Shown here piece after piece: positions 63,471-64,000 of a stretch of DNA of 64,000 bases. The DNA lies in IMG/VR virus record IMGVR_UViG_3300028601_000030, positions 15,601-79,600 of that record; one strand, given 5' to 3'. Position 1 is the first letter of the stretch. Every line of letters begins with the position of its first letter. The notes beneath the pieces were generated by a model that was not told the origin of the DNA, searched no databases, and saw only the letters and a list, made by a program, of their open reading frames with translations. This stretch comes from a virus (lineage: Duplodnaviria > Caudoviricetes). Made by a program: the position numbers and the translations under genes.

Positions 63471-63490
63471 GCCGTGGAAAGGATAGAGAA

Positions 63491-63733
63491 ATGACTACAG
63501 AAGAGGAATATTTTAAGTTCCTTGACTACTGCAACAAGCGTGATCTCGTATGCTTTGATCCAGTAAGGGTGACAAGGCTCAGAGTGATGCGCGACCAGCA
63601 AATTATTGAAGCCGACGGGGACTCATACAATGAAGCCCTAGACAACCTAAACATCAACCTACAAGTCCACCTGCGCAGCAAAATCGACGCGCTGTGTGAA
63701 GAGCTGGAAACACTGGAGGATATGGAGATATGA
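63491..63733 (+). CDS. Hypothetical protein
   Basis: GAAAGGA RBS. Confidence 0.65.
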   Translation: MTTEEEYFKFLDYCNKRDLVCFDPVRVTRLRVMRDQQIIEADGDSYNEALDNLNINLQVHLRSKIDALCEELETLEDMEI

Positions 63734-63891
63734 TAACTTCATGCAACCACAGTAACAATATTATTTGTGGTTCTTGCTTGATGAAGAACCACCAAGAAAA
63801 GCAGATGACTGAAAATGCTGAGAAGGTCGCTGAAAGTCTCCGACAATCACATGAGCAAGTGGAGGTGTACTACGATGATGACGGAAGATGA
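63730..63891 (+). CDS. Small hypothetical protein (53 aa)
   Basis: ATGA overlap with the upstream stop. Confidence 0.45.
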   Translation: MITSCNHSNNIICGSCLMKNHQEKQMTENAEKVAESLRQSHEQVEVYYDDDGR

Positions 63892-64000
63892 ATATTTCGA
63901 AAGTTTTGAGGATGCTTTAACGGAGTTAGACGCAGCATACCCATGCCCGGATATTGATTGTGAAGGAATTGTTGAATACGAAACAACGGGATACTGGCAA
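63875..64000 (+). CDS. Partial CDS running off the window
   Basis: GGAGG at 63861; open to the end. Confidence 0.5.
   Translation, partial: MMTEDEYFESFEDALTELDAAYPCPDIDCEGIVEYETTGYWQ

Noticed and set aside
1-64000. tRNA, rRNA, integrase or transposase genes
   Set aside because: No cloverleaf, rRNA or recombinase/transposase motifs recognised by eye; a tRNAscan/Infernal run would be needed to exclude them.

Overview
The window is part of a lytic tailed-phage genome (long-tailed siphovirus-type Caudoviricetes; host probably Gram-negative, from an M15 endolysin plus a lipobox protein). It has three blocks. (1) 1-17334, + strand: replication and recombination genes. These include a UDG-fused family A DNA polymerase with an HNH intein, a clamp loader, a MazG/DUF1599-like fusion, UvsY-like and SSB proteins, RecA with a LAGLIDADG intein, ThyX, a 5'-3' exonuclease, RuvC, a ligase, and a Rad50/SbcC split around Mre11/SbcD. 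(2) 17537-50984, - strand: terminases, portal, S49 protease/scaffold, decoration protein, lambda-E-like capsid, neck, tail tube, frameshifted chaperones, a 1875-aa tape measure, tail tip genes, three cassettes of 5 x 41-aa propeller-repeat proteins, and the lysis genes. (3) 51325-64000, + strand: small early genes with sigma70-like promoters and a UvsW-like helicase. The most striking feature is a 1076-bp island next to terS (51325-52400) with no CC and only two GG dinucleotides on the + strand, where about 60-75 would be expected by hand estimate. It holds a near-consensus promoter, two genes whose proteins lack Gly, Pro and Trp, GG-free ribosome-binding sites and three long hairpins, and it ends exactly at a cluster of eight CCWGG sites. 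Shorter GG/CC-free runs cover the leaders of the other early promoters. All assignments come from reading motifs by eye; no database searches were run.
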